IMG/VR virus record: IMGVR_UViG_3300020045_003673
Location: 1 to 29,401 of that record
From: a virus
Taxonomy: Duplodnaviria; Caudoviricetes
Strand: one strand, 5' to 3'
Length of the DNA stretch: 29,401 nucleotides
The notes beneath the pieces are model-generated. The model had not been told where the DNA came from and made no database searches. It worked only from the letters and a program-made list of their open reading frames with translations. Numbering within the stretch: the stretch's first letter is position 1; every line of letters starts with the position of its first letter. Positions 1 to 8,991 of the stretch are shown here, piece after piece. The translations under genes and the position numbers were made by a program.

Positions 1-535
1 TTTCAGAAACTTGACAATAGGCATTGTCAAGGGTTAAACGGGCATTACCAGCACGTCCCCGTTTTACTAGGGATAAGTGGTTAACCCGAATCTTGGTTTG
101 ACGGGCCGAATAAGCCTCGCCCTTGTATGTTCCCGGTGTTTCGTCTAGCACGACAGAATAGCCCACGGATAGCTCACGCTTGCCGCCTTTGATGGCCTTA
201 TCCACGGCTTCAGCGTCATGCAAAATCAAAGGCACGCGAACGTTATCAGCGTCTTGGTAAGCTGGGCCAGTCATCACCCCAATGGCGTACTTTTTGAAGT
301 TCTTAGAACTTACCGCTTCGCTAGGATGGTCATCGGTCAACGGCTTACCCGCAAATGAGGAAAGCGACTCAGCATCAAATACATCTTCAGGCAAGCGCAG
401 TTCTTTGCGTACTGAGCCATCGGCATTCATATAAGTCTGGATTCCAACACGCGCCACGATTGGGCTATCGAGTAGATAGCCGTCTTTGGTCAGCTCAGCC
501 TTGATAGGCGTAAAGTCGTAGCGTGTTGTTTCCAT
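1..535 (-). CDS. DUF2213-family head protein (putative prohead protease/scaffold); runs off the window edge
   Basis: Not in the ORF track. Manual translation from ATG 535: METTRYDFTPIKAELTKDGYLLDSPIVARVGIQTY...SFAGKPLTDDHP...ELSVGY...NHLSLVKRGRAG, which has DUF2213 hallmarks. Lies downstream of portal and gp7. Confidence 0.85.
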   Translation of the reverse strand, partial: METTRYDFTPIKAELTKDGYLLDSPIVARVGIQTYMNADGSVRKELRLPEDVFDAESLSSFAGKPLTDDHPSEAVSSKNFKKYAIGVMTGPAYQDADNVRVPLILHDAEAVDKAIKGGKRELSVGYSVVLDETPGTYKGEAYSARQTKIRVNHLSLVKRGRAGNARLTLDNAYCQVSE

Positions 536-543
536 GTATGCGG

Positions 544-572
544 ATTATAACTATAAAAAAATTGCATTGCAA
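544..572 (-). promoter_or_regulatory. sigma70-type promoter for the DUF2213 gene
   Basis: Minus strand reads TTGCAA-17 nt-TATAAT-8 nt-ATG. Confidence 0.65.
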
Positions 573-639
573 TAACACAAAAACAGAGTGAAATTTCATG
601 CAAACTTTTTATTTTTTGTTCTTTGTTTGTTGGTTGTTT

Positions 640-650
640 TGAGCTACAAT
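640..650 (+). promoter_or_regulatory. phage promoter motif TGAGCTACAAT
   Basis: Copy of the recurring motif, followed by TCAACCAAGGA and ATG 677. Confidence 0.65.
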
Positions 651-676
651 GTAAATTCAATCAACCAAGGATATAT

Positions 677-1003
677 ATGAATATTACATGTTGTAAAGAC
701 ATCTGGACAAATGGATCGTATAGAAGCCATAAATGCAACAATACAGCAAAATTTGAGGTTAATGGAAGTAATTATTGCGGTATGCATAACCCAAATAAAT
801 CACCCACAAAGGTTCAGATAGATGCTGAATTAAACCATAAGCTGAAACGTGCCAAATGGAAGCTTGAAAGTTCTGCTCCTGAATTACTTTCGTGCCTAGA
901 GTGGATAACAGCATACATCGAAGCATCTCCTGTTGAACTTTCAGAAGCTCATTCATGGGCTGTAATTTCACGCGCAGCAATCGCCAAAGCAACCGGAAAC
1001 TAA
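677..1003 (+). CDS. hypothetical Cys/His protein (moron-like, opposite strand to the head genes)
   Basis: AAGGA RBS before ATG 677. C-terminal APELL...RAAIAKATG segment is common in small phage proteins. Confidence 0.7.
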   Translation: MNITCCKDIWTNGSYRSHKCNNTAKFEVNGSNYCGMHNPNKSPTKVQIDAELNHKLKRAKWKLESSAPELLSCLEWITAYIEASPVELSEAHSWAVISRAAIAKATGN

Positions 1004-1812
1004 AGCTCTTCATCCCAAACCGCCTCAGCCCTACAGCGACACCGAACAGGCTGACCGGGATGCCCGTCTGGCGGCGGTTTATCCCATGTAAACAACTTTC
1101 CATTGCGCTCTACATGGTCAGGACGGACGCGGCTGTCTTGGACTGTCTTCCAAAGATATTCGCGCACGCCTACACTCTGGAGCCTATATCGTGTAAGGTC
1201 AGCGTTGCCCTTCAAAACCTGATCTTGCGCTATCAACCGCGCCCGGTAATCAGTCACACCGTAACGCTCTTTAATCTGGTTTTGCAAGTCACGAACTGAA
1301 GTACCGGCCATAACGCCACGCCTGATAATGCCTTCAATCTCAGGGTGTAATTTTGTTGGCAGTGACTTAATCAAGGCGGTGTTTTCGCTCACCCACGCTT
1401 CAGCCAATGGCTTTAAGTATGGCTCACTACGGAACACGTTAACGCCTAAGATAGACGACGATGGCGCGCCCTGCATGACAGGTGGCAAGTCTAAGCCTGT
1501 ATTGGCCTTGACTACCATCTTAAACTGGCCCTCGTTAAACTTGCTAACGGCTTCAAAGTAACCGGGCAGTTTACGCACTACGATAGAGCTATGGCCCATG
1601 GCTAGATTAGCCAATTCAAGCAATAACGCAGCCAGCTCGTCAAGCCAACCATCAGTCTTTAGCTCACTCTCTAACTGGCGTTTCATGACGCCAATTGCAG
1701 GCATTAGAACGGCGTTTATATCGCTTTGCAGCTTCTTTGAATACCTGACTAGCTCCCGCGTATATTCACGCTCTACGCTGTCAGGGTTGTTAAATGTGGT
1801 TTTCTTTGCCAT
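1000..1812 (-). CDS. minor head protein, SPP1 gp7 / Mu gpF family
   Basis: RARLIAQDQ, W-x-T-x-x-D-SRVRPDH and HPGQPVRCRC motifs; follows the portal. Confidence 0.92.
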   Translation of the reverse strand: MAKKTTFNNPDSVEREYTRELVRYSKKLQSDINAVLMPAIGVMKRQLESELKTDGWLDELAALLLELANLAMGHSSIVVRKLPGYFEAVSKFNEGQFKMVVKANTGLDLPPVMQGAPSSSILGVNVFRSEPYLKPLAEAWVSENTALIKSLPTKLHPEIEGIIRRGVMAGTSVRDLQNQIKERYGVTDYRARLIAQDQVLKGNADLTRYRLQSVGVREYLWKTVQDSRVRPDHVERNGKLFTWDKPPPDGHPGQPVRCRCRAEAVWDEEL

Positions 1813-3146
1813 TACTCACCCTGTGGCACGTCAATCACTTCAGGCATTAGGTCTACATTGTCAATCATGTAGTCTTCATCTTCTGCCAGCATCTTACGCA
1901 ACTCAGAAGGGTCTAAAACCCCGGCAGCTACATAAATATTATGGGTATCGGCTTTGATCTTTTTAGCTTCAGCTTCTAGCTTTTCAATTTCAGCTTCTTC
2001 CTTTTCAGACGGCACGAAAAGAGAATTGAACTCAATCTGATAATCCTCAACATACCGGCCCATGATGTGCATTTGAATTGCGCACAACTTATCAACAGCG
2101 GGCAGCAGAATGGTTTCTTGCAGTTGGCTTACCTTGGAGTACCAGTTTTCCAGATCATTACCACCAGACGCCGTTAAACCGCCTGTAGCCTTGCCAAATA
2201 GCAATGACTCAGGAATACCCGTAACAGCCGATAAAGCCAGCGCAAATCGGTCGATAAGGTCAGGCACGCCTGCTAGTGACGTTGACTTGAGTTCGTAGGT
2301 TTCAGCCGCATCAATGGCCACCGTGTTATTAATCGACCGGGCCATGTCAACCAGATCAAGACGCTGGCGAATCAAAGCCTCCCCGCCCGGACTACGTAAG
2401 ACATTGGTAAGCTCAGGGATGCCATGCACCGCCTGTTGCGCACGCTCGACAAGTGAGTTGGCCCAAATGTGAGACATTCCAAACCGGGTAAGCTGATCGG
2501 CGCACTGTTGCAACACACTAGCCCCCCAGCCGTCATTAATAGCGCGGGTACGGTCAGGCACTGATACACCATCGAACACCAGACAGCGCGACTCATGCAC
2601 TACGTAAGGCGACCCCTCCAAAGGCGAGATCATGTAAAGCTCAGTGCCACCAAAACGCATATCTGACGGATCATCATACTTTTTGTGGCGTGTGACTTGG
2701 TGTCGGTCATAAACCCGCAATTGCTCCAACGACTTAGCCCGTTCAGGAACCAGATCATCCTCCATCATCCCGCCGTCATTCACCAGCATGACTACCAGCG
2801 CCCCGCCATACAAGCTAGACCACTTGATGGCATCGCATAGCTTAGGCATCATATTAATGCCTTCTAGCTCAGCTAGGATAGGCTCACAATCCTCAACGCC
2901 TTCAATCTCGAATGATGCTCGCACCATGTCAGACGCGGGCAGGTCGATAATGCGACGTGCGAAGCCGTTACCTTGGTATAGGTTTTCCAGCTCTTGAAAA
3001 TCAAGGATGCGAGGCACTCCCGCTGTGGTGTATGAGCTACGGTCTTTGCTATTGCCGACCGACAAAAATACGTTAGAAAATGGGCCGTCGTTACGTAGTG
3101 CAACGTCTTTGCGCGGACGGCCCCGGCTTCGCTTTTGATTTTCCAT
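1812..3146 (-). CDS. portal protein, DUF1073 family
   Basis: 444 aa, downstream of terL; LYGGA, TGIPESLLFG and DLENWY motifs. Confidence 0.88.
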   Translation of the reverse strand: MENQKRSRGRPRKDVALRNDGPFSNVFLSVGNSKDRSSYTTAGVPRILDFQELENLYQGNGFARRIIDLPASDMVRASFEIEGVEDCEPILAELEGINMMPKLCDAIKWSSLYGGALVVMLVNDGGMMEDDLVPERAKSLEQLRVYDRHQVTRHKKYDDPSDMRFGGTELYMISPLEGSPYVVHESRCLVFDGVSVPDRTRAINDGWGASVLQQCADQLTRFGMSHIWANSLVERAQQAVHGIPELTNVLRSPGGEALIRQRLDLVDMARSINNTVAIDAAETYELKSTSLAGVPDLIDRFALALSAVTGIPESLLFGKATGGLTASGGNDLENWYSKVSQLQETILLPAVDKLCAIQMHIMGRYVEDYQIEFNSLFVPSEKEEAEIEKLEAEAKKIKADTHNIYVAAGVLDPSELRKMLAEDEDYMIDNVDLMPEVIDVPQGE

Positions 3147-3194
3147 GAATAAACCTTATTAATTGCATGAATTATAGGATTAAATCAATTTAAA

Positions 3195-4613
3195 TCACAA
3201 TAACGCCGATAAATCAAACGTCCCAGTATCCAAAAACGCCATGACAAAGGCGTCAGCCAAGTTGGGAGACGATACACCGCGCTTCTTCATATCGGCTTTA
3301 GATTCGACTTTTACCTTGCCGTTAACGTAGTCGCGCTGTGGTTGCGATAGTTCTGCACATAGCTTGTCTAAGCCCTTTAAACCGCTTGCAATGCTAATCA
3401 GCTTGTCTTTATCGTATGCCTTTCCATTGACGGCGTTATAGGTGTTTCTAAAGCGGTCAGATAACAGCCACCACGCCTGAGCTTTGATGTTGTAAAACAT
3501 ATCCATGTTTTTCTTACCTTGGACATAGTAGCCATCAGGGTTATTGATAGCTCCACCCGCATTAAATCCCTCGGTTTGCACGCGGGTAAATCCACGGTGA
3601 AGCATATCTAGTTCGGCTTGCTGCAATATCCTGAATTGACCTTTGGCACCAGCTCCAACGCCGATATCATCGTATCGAAGCAACTGGACATTGTTTTCAA
3701 GGCACCTAGCGTGAGCGTGAGCGGCTGCGCTTACTGGGTCTTTATCGCGCCATTCTTCAGCGTATTCTGCCAATATTCCACGCCTAAAAATCACCGCGTT
3801 AGCGTCTGGCCCTTCGTCGGCCACGTCAAACCCGCCTTCTTTTCGTCCCGAGATCTCAATGCCAAGTTTTATGTGAGCGTCAACCGCTGAGCTTATCCAT
3901 GCGGGTTGAATGACTGACAGGTCAGAATTTGCAACAGGTTCACCGCCATAAATGTGACGATACGCCTCAAAATCAGTCTCTTTCATCAATTCCATATCAT
4001 CCCGTAACTCCTTTGGAAAGCGCGGGTTTTCGGTGTAATTGATTTTCTTGACGATGCAATATCTATGCCCGTCTTTGTAATCTGGGTATTGCCTGTTTAA
4101 AACAAACCTTTTATGCGTTTCATCCAAGATTGATTTAGGGTTGTAGCTTACCCATATCTCGGACTTATCCTTACGCATAGTTGGTATAACTGCATCCCAT
4201 GACTCCTTAGAAACCGCGTCAGCCTCTTCAAACCATGCACAATCGAAGTCTGAAAAGCCCTTGAGCTTTTGACTGTCTAGGCGCTTTTGGTTTGACTTAA
4301 TGCCACTGAACCTAATAACGCCACCAGTCGCAGGGCATTCAATGTGAGTTTTTAAAATGTTGAAATACTGGCCTAGGTTACGGCGCTCAATGTCAGATAC
4401 GAACTCTTGATAAACAGAATCAGCGATTGATTCCATAAGTTCGCGGAACGCCACCACGCGCCACCCGCATTCAATCACGTTATTAATCAATAAGCTTACA
4501 AATGTGCGAGTTTTTGCACTTCCACGGCCACCGTAGGCGACCTTAAACCGAGCGTCTTGTAAGTATTCCTCAAACGCAGGGAAAATATCAGTCGGTAATT
4601 CTGGACGCGTCAT
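3195..4613 (-). CDS. terL: terminase large subunit, PBSX family
   Basis: Walker A YGGRGSAKT, Walker B WFEEA, nuclease acidic residues GFDVADEG...SPNLADA. Confidence 0.95.
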   Translation of the reverse strand: MTRPELPTDIFPAFEEYLQDARFKVAYGGRGSAKTRTFVSLLINNVIECGWRVVAFRELMESIADSVYQEFVSDIERRNLGQYFNILKTHIECPATGGVIRFSGIKSNQKRLDSQKLKGFSDFDCAWFEEADAVSKESWDAVIPTMRKDKSEIWVSYNPKSILDETHKRFVLNRQYPDYKDGHRYCIVKKINYTENPRFPKELRDDMELMKETDFEAYRHIYGGEPVANSDLSVIQPAWISSAVDAHIKLGIEISGRKEGGFDVADEGPDANAVIFRRGILAEYAEEWRDKDPVSAAAHAHARCLENNVQLLRYDDIGVGAGAKGQFRILQQAELDMLHRGFTRVQTEGFNAGGAINNPDGYYVQGKKNMDMFYNIKAQAWWLLSDRFRNTYNAVNGKAYDKDKLISIASGLKGLDKLCAELSQPQRDYVNGKVKVESKADMKKRGVSSPNLADAFVMAFLDTGTFDLSALL

Positions 4614-5017
4614 TCATGGACGATGTTGTAAATTGGGCGAGGGATTAGAGGCGTCCCATTCTTGCCAGTGGACTCAACGCGCTCAATGTAGTGACCCATC
4701 ACCTTACCGCGCAAATTCTCAGCCGTTATAGCGGCTTTGATGTCATCCATACCCAATGCTATACCCTTTAGCCTTTCAAGCTCTTCTAGGTGCGCCTCAC
4801 GCGTCAGAACGGCACGTTCACCGCCTTGGTTTCGTAAAACCTCGACCCTTGATCTAATATGAACCTCAGCCATCAATTGTGATGACTTCTGATTAACGCT
4901 CTCAGGCTTAGTATTAACCCCAACCGTATAAGCCTTCCGATAAGCATCAGACTGAGTTAAGCCACTAGCCACCGCCTGCGCGAATGCTTCCTGTTTTGGT
5001 GTTAGTGGCTTAGTCAT
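4610..5017 (-). CDS. terS: terminase small subunit
   Basis: LTPKQEAFA...AYRKAY HTH start; ATGA overlap with terL. Confidence 0.9.
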   Translation of the reverse strand: MTKPLTPKQEAFAQAVASGLTQSDAYRKAYTVGVNTKPESVNQKSSQLMAEVHIRSRVEVLRNQGGERAVLTREAHLEELERLKGIALGMDDIKAAITAENLRGKVMGHYIERVESTGKNGTPLIPRPIYNIVHE

Positions 5018-5021
5018 GGCT

Positions 5022-5513
5022 TTATTTTACTACGCGGTAGGCGATGATGCGTCCATCTCCATCAATCTTTTTCCAGTTGAATGAAAAACCTTGTCCAGCA
5101 AGAGAGTAATACTCTTCTCCATTTGCGTGTCTAACTTCAATTTTAGTTCCTGCTTTTACTGGCATATCACCACCACCCCAAGTAATCCACCCGTCATCCG
5201 CTTTCACTGCCCCGCCATCCGCCAAAGGCTTAGCAACCTCACTCAAGCGAGCCTCACCATAAAGTGATGCATAGGCCACCAAGTCCTCCACCGAATCGAC
5301 GTGAGCTTCGCTGCGCTGATTGTCCCGCACCATCTTCAATACCGCCATAAGCAGCCAACCATTAGCCTCGGTCAATGCCTGCCCTGTAATGGCGTTATAA
5401 GCCTCTACAGTAGCTGCCATGCTGCGCTCCCCTTCAGGCTTATCGTAAGTCGCTGCACGGGCTTGCATATGCGTCTGTGCCTTGTTAAGCAATTGTTGTG
5501 CCGTAATCTTCAT
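5022..5513 (-). CDS. DUF6378-like protein (all-alpha NTP-pyrophosphatase-like) with an extra C-terminal module
   Basis: Start at ATG 5513 after AAAGG. RAATYD...LMAVLKMVR...DSVEDLVAYASL, then a separate GWITWGGG...IIAYRV module. Confidence 0.7.
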   Translation of the reverse strand: MKITAQQLLNKAQTHMQARAATYDKPEGERSMAATVEAYNAITGQALTEANGWLLMAVLKMVRDNQRSEAHVDSVEDLVAYASLYGEARLSEVAKPLADGGAVKADDGWITWGGGDMPVKAGTKIEVRHANGEEYYSLAGQGFSFNWKKIDGDGRIIAYRVVK

Positions 5514-5659
5514 GTCTTGACCTTTAGTGTGTTGATAAAAAAGTTTGCCGGGCGTCCGTCGATATAGGCCAGGCCCGGCGCTGACCCTCAACGCGGTAGG
5601 ATAACCGCTTCAACGGTTGATGGTTATTTTATATCAAAAAACCATGTTTTTAATTATTT

Positions 5660-6001
5660 TTATTTAAAACCCATCCACTCTGCAAAAGACTCATTGCATT
5701 CAGACCTTAGAAAATCTTGATAGTTTTTCTGGCTACGTGTCATCTTTGGTTCAGGCGGTCGCATTGGGCTATTAAATGCAACGTAGTCGATTCCTTTGGG
5801 TGTCACAACAAAACAGTCATCACCACCAGTCAGCGCTTTGTTCATTGGTCTAATCTTCATTAGCCCCTTATCTGCAAGAGCAATGCATATTTTGTAATCT
5901 GATCCACCCTCGCCAGTTACAAAATGATTCCTGTGGCTTGGCTTGTCTCCGTAGTCACCAACGCCTAGAGAGTGCTGCAAGATATGAAGTTCAGAGTCCA
6001 T
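5660..6001 (-). CDS. hypothetical protein
   Basis: AAAGGA RBS and ATG 6001 (MDSELHILQHSLG...RNHFVT); has its own promoter motif. Confidence 0.75.
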   Translation of the reverse strand: MDSELHILQHSLGVGDYGDKPSHRNHFVTGEGGSDYKICIALADKGLMKIRPMNKALTGGDDCFVVTPKGIDYVAFNSPMRPPEPKMTRSQKNYQDFLRSECNESFAEWMGFK

Positions 6002-6028
6002 TAAATTTCCTTTATTTATTGATGGTTT

Positions 6029-6039
6029 ATTGTAGCTCA
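6029..6039 (-). promoter_or_regulatory. phage promoter motif TGAGCTACAAT
   Basis: Reverse-strand copy upstream of ATG 6001. Confidence 0.65.
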
Positions 6040-6086
6040 AATTTACATCATTCATGCGCTACAATTTTTTTTCGTCCGTCTGTCGT

Positions 6087-6230
6087 GGCAGCACTATAGT
6101 GTGCTGCCCCGACTGCCCTTGACTGAGGCAGTTTATTTATGCCCCTATAAACCTACTGCCCCGATTGATAAAAAAGCCTTATAAATCAACAGCTTACAAA
6201 AATAATCACTGCCCCGATGATCTGCCCCAG
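6087..6230. repeat. iteron-like CTGCCCC(GA) repeats with hairpin and IHF consensus site; putative replication origin
   Basis: CTGCCCCGA at 6104, 6156 and 6209; variants at 6113, 6140 and 6222; inverted GGCAG at 6087 and 6127; AATCAACAGCTTA at 6184-6196. Non-coding, just past the primase-helicase stop. Confidence 0.65.
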
Positions 6231-6238
6231 TGGTGTTT

Positions 6239-8266
6239 TTATCTGCTTTTCAGAATCAATCGGATTCCGTGAAATTTTGACTCATTTGTGACCCTATAAC
6301 CACCATTTTTTGGCTCAATTGAGTCCTTTAAATACTCAGGGTAACGTGTGGTTTTTGTTACATTTTGAGCTGCTGTTGTGTCTTTAATGTGGCGCTTGGT
6401 TTCCTTTTCATACTGAACCCAATTGTCTGTAGTGATGTAAAGATCGTGGCAGCTATCGATATAACCGTACTTAATCATCGCCCCGCCAAAGCTAGTGCGA
6501 GCCTCCGAAGTTGATTTCGACTCCTTTTCCTCTGACTTAACCGTGGCCTCAGTGTCTTCAACAACCACGCAAGATGTCGCAGTCTTACCCCACTTGGTAA
6601 GCCCCATATCAACGATATCAAGCTTAAACCCGATAACGTCACCCTTACCGCCAAGCTCCCGCTGCTTTGTTATGGTGGCACTACGCACGCCTTTATCGTC
6701 CACCAGTTCGATCTCAGTATCAATATGAGCCCTGATACCAGACCAGCCCCGCGCTCCTTTGGCTGCGTCTTTGCCGTTATGGTGGATGATTAATACATGG
6801 GCGCCCGTCTTGCGTGCAAGGTAGTCAAAACGCTCCATAATCGGCCCCATATCGTCGCCGCTATTCTCGTTAGCCCCTGAACTAATGCGGGCCAAAGTGT
6901 CACCAACGATCAGCCGCGCCTTTTGGCCTAGTGCCTTTTCAACGTCTTCAATCATGGTTACGATATCTTTAGCATCTTGCATATCGCGGTGAAAATTAAC
7001 CGGTGTTTGCACAATGGCGAAGTTTGGCACAGTGCAATCATGGTATTTTTGGTAAGCCTGCAATCGCGTTTTAATCGATGCCGGGGCTTCTGTTGCAAGG
7101 TAAATGACAAGACCTGGTTCAGTCTTGCGGCCCATCCACTCCACGCCACGGGCGATAGCGCAACCCATATCCAAGACAAAAAACGTCTTACCTGAGTTTG
7201 AATCACCATAAACCACCGACGATGCCCCGACCGTGATAACCCCCTCGACCAGCTCATCAGGTGCAATAAAGTCAGAGCCCAGATTGTCAGCAAAGACAAC
7301 ATTAAGGCGCTCAGTGGCCGCTGTCATTGATTCCGTAGGCTCCAACAACTCCCCAAGATCATGACCAGCCTGCGCATAGTCGTTTGCATCCCCTAACACT
7401 GGTGGCATACAAACCATAGCTGCTATTAAGTTAGCCGCCTTGGTTGCCTCTTTTAACCCGGTACCGGATTCGTCGTTATCAGCCACGATAACAATCTCAC
7501 GCAGTGGCCCAACCTTATGCCTCAAAGCTTGTGCCGTCGCAGCCATGTTTCCCGCTGAAAAGCTAATGACAACACTATTGCAGGTGGCCTCGAAAATGCT
7601 CGCCCCAGTGGCGATACCCTCGCATATATATATACGCCCTTCGCCAGTGGCCTCAACAGCCCCTAGATTCCACGAAGCCCCGCCCGTCTTGGAGCCCTTC
7701 ATGAACATCTTGGTGCCATCGTCACTGATGTATTGCAACCCGCTTATGTCACCATCTATCAGCATTGGCGCGATCAAACGACCGTCCGGTGCAATGCGCC
7801 AGCCGGGGTTACTTACGCCCTTGCGCTTTATATATGGGTGATCGTCGCTGGCCAACTGCGCCGCGTCCCAAATCTTTGCAGCGGTATAAGCCGCGTACTC
7901 CCGCGAGTCTGAAAGCTCCTTTTCTCGCTTGGCCTTTAGTTCGTTAATCTGTTTGACGTGGGCAATGTTTTCCTGAAACGTCAGTTCACGCCCGATATTG
8001 GCGCGGAATTGGTACTCTTCGCCAGTCTTCCAGTCTCCGTAAACCCCCGCCGGAACCTTGCCATCATGCAATACATACCAGCCGCTTAAATCACCCTTCT
8101 TTGACCCCGTGGCGAAGCGGTGCAACTTTCCATCACAAACGATGTCGTCAGGCGCTTGGATGCAGTTTTCAGACATATGCACCCGAAGCTGATGTTCTGG
8201 CGGCAAGACTGGCGTATCAATATTGACGGGGAAGCCATTGGGGAAGATGCTTTTTAGACTGCTCAT
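6239..8266 (-). CDS. DNA primase-helicase (TOPRIM + RepA/AAA_25 helicase)
   Basis: TOPRIM EGIATG and ADND; Walker A GDSNSGKT; Walker B IVGDT; IHHNGK...RGWS. Confidence 0.9.
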   Translation of the reverse strand: MSSLKSIFPNGFPVNIDTPVLPPEHQLRVHMSENCIQAPDDIVCDGKLHRFATGSKKGDLSGWYVLHDGKVPAGVYGDWKTGEEYQFRANIGRELTFQENIAHVKQINELKAKREKELSDSREYAAYTAAKIWDAAQLASDDHPYIKRKGVSNPGWRIAPDGRLIAPMLIDGDISGLQYISDDGTKMFMKGSKTGGASWNLGAVEATGEGRIYICEGIATGASIFEATCNSVVISFSAGNMAATAQALRHKVGPLREIVIVADNDESGTGLKEATKAANLIAAMVCMPPVLGDANDYAQAGHDLGELLEPTESMTAATERLNVVFADNLGSDFIAPDELVEGVITVGASSVVYGDSNSGKTFFVLDMGCAIARGVEWMGRKTEPGLVIYLATEAPASIKTRLQAYQKYHDCTVPNFAIVQTPVNFHRDMQDAKDIVTMIEDVEKALGQKARLIVGDTLARISSGANENSGDDMGPIMERFDYLARKTGAHVLIIHHNGKDAAKGARGWSGIRAHIDTEIELVDDKGVRSATITKQRELGGKGDVIGFKLDIVDMGLTKWGKTATSCVVVEDTEATVKSEEKESKSTSEARTSFGGAMIKYGYIDSCHDLYITTDNWVQYEKETKRHIKDTTAAQNVTKTTRYPEYLKDSIEPKNGGYRVTNESKFHGIRLILKSR

Positions 8267-8406
8267 TTGTTATACCCTTTAGAGCACCAGCGAGCCCAAG
8301 CTTCTCGCCACGTTGGTCCGAATGCCGCCTTTCCGCAAAAAGACTTATCATTTTTAAACCATACCATCCACTGAACCCCCGTATAAAAGATATGTGGCTT
8401 ATTCAT
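8263..8406 (-). CDS. hypothetical 47-aa Trp-rich protein
   Basis: Manual translation MNKPHIFYTGVQWMVWF...REAWARWCSKGYNK; ATGA overlaps with both neighbours. Confidence 0.65.
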   Translation of the reverse strand: MNKPHIFYTGVQWMVWFKNDKSFCGKAAFGPTWREAWARWCSKGYNK

Positions 8407-8702
8407 TTCACACACCCAATCACCGCCAAAGCCACGGCCAGCTCAGCCGAATGTGAATGCTCTTCCGCCTTGTCGCCTACGTTAGCCCACCAGTAACCCA
8501 TAGAGTCACGCCACGGGAAGCAGTTAAAACGCTTGGCAATGGGCCAGATCACGGCTGCGTCACGGTAGTCAAAAGGCTTCCATTCGCCATCGACAAGACA
8601 GTTAATATTGTGCTCACCACGCGGGTCAATGTAGTCATGAATGTGGAATGGGGACCAGCCAATGGAGATGGCGAGTGCTTTACTTGTTTCGTGGTGTGTC
8701 AT
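8403..8702 (-). CDS. hypothetical protein, possibly NinX-like
   Basis: AAGG RBS; FDYRDAAVIWPIA and LAVALA resemble the NinX-family pattern. Confidence 0.65.
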   Translation of the reverse strand: MTHHETSKALAISIGWSPFHIHDYIDPRGEHNINCLVDGEWKPFDYRDAAVIWPIAKRFNCFPWRDSMGYWWANVGDKAEEHSHSAELAVALAVIGCVK

Positions 8703-8835
8703 GGTTGCCTTGTAAGTTTGTTGAAAACGTCAATTTTAGGCGTGAAAACATGGTGAAAATAAATTTAAAATTGTTTCTTTTTGGCGTTATTGTGTGGCAC
8801 AATAGATCACATCAACAACCAATAGGACGAACGAA
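8703..8835. promoter_or_regulatory. divergent promoter region between left and right early operons
   Basis: AT-rich strand switch; TAAAAT on minus at 8733-8738; degenerate motif TGTGGCACAAT at 8793-8803 followed by CATCAACAACC and AGGA. Confidence 0.6.
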
Positions 8836-8991
8836 ATGAACAAAGACCAAATCATCAGCGCAAAGATTCTGACAGCAATGTCTAACGGAATGGACTTGAA
8901 AGCAGCCTTTGATTTTGTTATAGGTGAAGGCGCCTACATCAAACTGGCTGGCGATGTTTATGATGCACTTCGCGCAAAACAAGGTTTGTAA
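8836..8991 (+). CDS. hypothetical 51-aa protein
   Basis: Manual translation MNKDQIISAKILTAMSNGMDLKAAFDFVIGEGAY...; AGGA RBS. Confidence 0.7.
   Translation: MNKDQIISAKILTAMSNGMDLKAAFDFVIGEGAYIKLAGDVYDALRAKQGL

Noticed and set aside
1812-3146. Anti-CBASS Acb1 activity for the DUF1073 protein
   Set aside because: Length and position fit a plain portal, and no appended 2H-phosphoesterase (paired HxT) domain is visible.
6091-6104. NrdR box in the origin hairpin
   Set aside because: Only superficial similarity; length and core do not fit the 16-bp consensus.
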